A stretch of 64,000 nucleotides of DNA from positions 3,584,001-3,648,000 of the forward strand of contig OZ252239.1 of assembly GCA_965249485.1 (NCBI GenBank). The letters run 5' to 3'. The translations under genes and the position numbers were made by a program. Numbering within the stretch: the stretch's first letter is position 1; every line of letters begins with the position of its first letter. The stretch comes from a bacterium. Its GTDB lineage: Bacteria > SM23-31. The notes under the pieces were generated by a model, which ran no database searches, was not told the origin of the DNA, and was given only the letters and a program-made list of their open reading frames with translations. Below, piece after piece: positions 61,638-64,000 of the stretch.

Positions 61638-61943
61638 ATGAAAACGACCTCTCCTTCTCTCACTCCCGATGAGATCGGCCGTGCGAATGAGTGGGATGTG
61701 AAAATCAGATGGAAAGACAGCCACGAAAGTATTTATATTGCCCGTGAGCTCAGGCTCGCCTGCCCGTGTGCGGGTTGTGTTGAAGAGATGACCGGTAGGC
61801 CTCTTATCAGACCTGAACTCATTCCAAATGACGTCCAACCGCTCAAAATCAGCCTTGTTGGAAGGTATGCAATTAAGATAAACTGGAGTGACGGCCACGA
61901 CACCGGTTTCTATACCTTCGAGTATCTCCGCAAAATGGGATAA
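61638..61943 (+). CDS. DUF971 (GBBH-like N-terminal) protein
   Basis: LRLACPCAGC, VGRYAI, WSDGHDTGFY…YLR. Confidence 0.85.
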   Translation: MKTTSPSLTPDEIGRANEWDVKIRWKDSHESIYIARELRLACPCAGCVEEMTGRPLIRPELIPNDVQPLKISLVGRYAIKINWSDGHDTGFYTFEYLRKMG

Positions 61944-62127
61944 AGAATATCCTATATCAAATTATTTATCTTTTTAAAATTTACAGTTATTTATATTGTG
62001 TTATAAGTTATAGTTGTCTCAGTTAAACTTTACAATTGAGAAATGCTTATATTCGTTCCTCTCTTATTTAATCATTGACCTTCCTGATTCTTCCTTCTAC
62101 AACAACATCTTTTTATATTATAAGGTG

Positions 62128-62583
62128 TTAATATTTGAACTTCTTCGGAAGTAAGGCATCTACAGACCACGTCCCACCTCCGGCAATGGACAGATAGATG
62201 GAACCAAGAAGCATTGCGAAATCGGTTCGGGCGTCATGTGCAAATTGCCAAAAACCGCTTTCGAAAAGTATAGATATTTTAGTAGAAACGATAGCGATTA
62301 GCATGATTATTATTAATGGTACAGAGGCTTTTCTGGTATACAAACCAATCAGGATCAATACACCACATAGTATTTCAAATGAACCGACGAACGGACCTGT
62401 AAATTCCGGATATGGAATACCGATCTTGATGAAACGTCCTACTCCCCGTATCTCAGAATAGAGAAATTTCTGAATCCCTTCCGACAGAAAAACTGATCCC
62501 ACCATAAGACGGATTAATATTCCGGATGATAGTATTATTTCTTCCCAATTTTTCTTATCCGTTATCATAATATGACCATCCAA
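62128..62583 (-). CDS. DoxX family membrane protein
   Basis: IRLMVGSVFLSEGIQKF, GRF, E…GLYTR, ARTD, GGGTWSVD. Confidence 0.85.
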   Translation of the reverse strand: MDGHIMITDKKNWEEIILSSGILIRLMVGSVFLSEGIQKFLYSEIRGVGRFIKIGIPYPEFTGPFVGSFEILCGVLILIGLYTRKASVPLIIIMLIAIVSTKISILFESGFWQFAHDARTDFAMLLGSIYLSIAGGGTWSVDALLPKKFKY

Positions 62584-62684
62584 TTTAATAAAATTTCAGT
62601 ACTCTTACAATTTTACGGATTGTAATATTTTCGCTTATGATCAAGATTCTTTTGTGATAAACAAGGAGATGTTATTAAAATTTT

Positions 62685-63773
62685 CTATAAACTTCCCAAA
62701 TGCACTGCCATCCTTTTACTGCTCCAGTCCTCTTTACCATGAGGACTGAAATGGCCGGCTATTTCCTCATCGCATGAAGCACAACGGTTGTTTGTGAGGT
62801 TGTAGGCACCGAGTTCATACCAGTCACGTTCTATCAACAGATTGCTACAAATCGGACAGTAGGTGCTGCTCCCCGCTTTATCATGAACGTTCCCGGTGTA
62901 TACATACCGGATACCTTTCGAAATTGCTATATCACGTGCCCTTGTTAATGTTTCCGGCGGTGTCGGTGGACGGTCTCGCAACTTAAAATCGGGATGGAAT
63001 GCGGTAAAATGAAGCGGAACATCAATACCAAGCGTCCCGGAAACCCACTCGGCGAGTTCATTTAATTCAGCATCGCTGTCGTTTGCACCGGGTATGAGAA
63101 GTGTTGTAATTTCAAACCATACATCGGTCTCATGTTTCAAGTATTTAAGAGTCTCGAGAATTGGCTCGAATTCTGCAAGACAGAGTTTTTTGTAAAATTC
63201 ACTCGTGAATGCCTTTAAGTCAACATTCGCGGCATCCATGTTATCAAAAAATTCAGACCGCGCTTCTTCTGTAATATATCCAGCTGTCACAGCAACGGTT
63301 TTAATTCCGAGTTCTCTGCATGCCTGTGCGATATCGATGGCGTATTCGGCAAATATCACCGGATCATTATAAGTGAATGCAACAGATTTACATCCAAGGC
63401 GCTGTGCTGATTGTGCAATTTTTTCCGGAGAAGCACTATCGGCAAGAGTATCGATTTCTTTCGATTTGCTAATATCCCAGTTCTGGCAAAACTTGCAGCC
63501 AAGGTTACAACCCGCTGTGCCGAATGATAGTATACTTGATCCGGGGTAAAAATGGTTGAGCGGTTTTTTTTCGACCGGATCGACACAGAATCCGCTGCTT
63601 CTTCCATATGTTGTTAGAACCATGTTATCATTGTGGTTCATCCGAACGAAACAAAAGCCGCGCTGCCCATTGTGAATTCTGCAATAACGGGGACAGAGGT
63701 CACATTGTATGCGTCCGTCGTCGAGACGGTGCCAGTATCGGCCGGGAAAATAGGTTGATTCGAGTGTAGACAT
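62685..63773 (-). CDS. amrS: AmmeMemoRadiSam system radical SAM enzyme
   Basis: CDLCPRYC, DPVEKKPLNHF, GCNLGCKFCQNWDIS, AFTYNDP, FHPDF, YTGNV. Confidence 0.9.
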   Translation of the reverse strand: MSTLESTYFPGRYWHRLDDGRIQCDLCPRYCRIHNGQRGFCFVRMNHNDNMVLTTYGRSSGFCVDPVEKKPLNHFYPGSSILSFGTAGCNLGCKFCQNWDISKSKEIDTLADSASPEKIAQSAQRLGCKSVAFTYNDPVIFAEYAIDIAQACRELGIKTVAVTAGYITEEARSEFFDNMDAANVDLKAFTSEFYKKLCLAEFEPILETLKYLKHETDVWFEITTLLIPGANDSDAELNELAEWVSGTLGIDVPLHFTAFHPDFKLRDRPPTPPETLTRARDIAISKGIRYVYTGNVHDKAGSSTYCPICSNLLIERDWYELGAYNLTNNRCASCDEEIAGHFSPHGKEDWSSKRMAVHLGSL

Positions 63774-63897
63774 AGTAGGATAATATATAAATAATTAAGA
63801 ATTTTCGTGCATTCAATAAAAAAATTTCTTATATATAGTACTGACCATCGGTATGGATTGTTTCTTTAAGCACGTTTGACGTTTATGGGCTTCTAGA

Positions 63898-63926
63898 AAA
63901 GTAACCGAATGTGGTTATAAAGTCAA
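63898..63926 (-). promoter_or_regulatory. Sigma70-like promoter upstream of amrS
   Basis: Minus strand TTGACT-17 bp-TACTTT. Confidence 0.5.
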
Positions 63927-64000
63927 GAAAGCATATATTATAATATCTTGAGATTTCAATCGCTTTACTGAAATAAATGACAGGAACATCGTATGAACTT

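Overview
Bacterial chromosomal window with no rRNA, tRNA, CRISPR or transposase detected. The gene complement (GWxTD protein, VPS10/BNR protein, gcvT-comB-ftsK-lolA-flippase order, BrxA, FtsZ tail DIPAFLRKQMD) suggests an FCB-superphylum lineage; this is an inference. Main blocks: (i) a minus-strand operon for an archaeal-AdkA-like kinase fused to a nucleoside-deoxyribosyltransferase/N-glycosidase-like domain, a phage-type dNMP kinase and a dCMP deaminase, which is the best candidate for an undescribed nucleotide system; (ii) metabolic and envelope genes; (iii) a dcw cluster (mraZ-rsmH-ftsL-ftsI-murE-murF-murD-ftsW-murC-ftsQ-ftsA-ftsZ) cleanly lacking mraY and murG, headed by a small Cys/His ORF and preceded by MraZ repeats and a tandem pair of NrdR-like boxes; (iv) a decaying HDOD/hybrid kinase locus; (v) an extended Rrf2-bacilliredoxin-sufCBD-Rieske-sufSUT-apbC-DUF971 Fe-S operon; (vi) DoxX and amrS. 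Five accessory genes are broken, several with template-switch or microhomology signatures, while housekeeping genes are intact. All family calls come from recognising motifs by eye, not from database searches.
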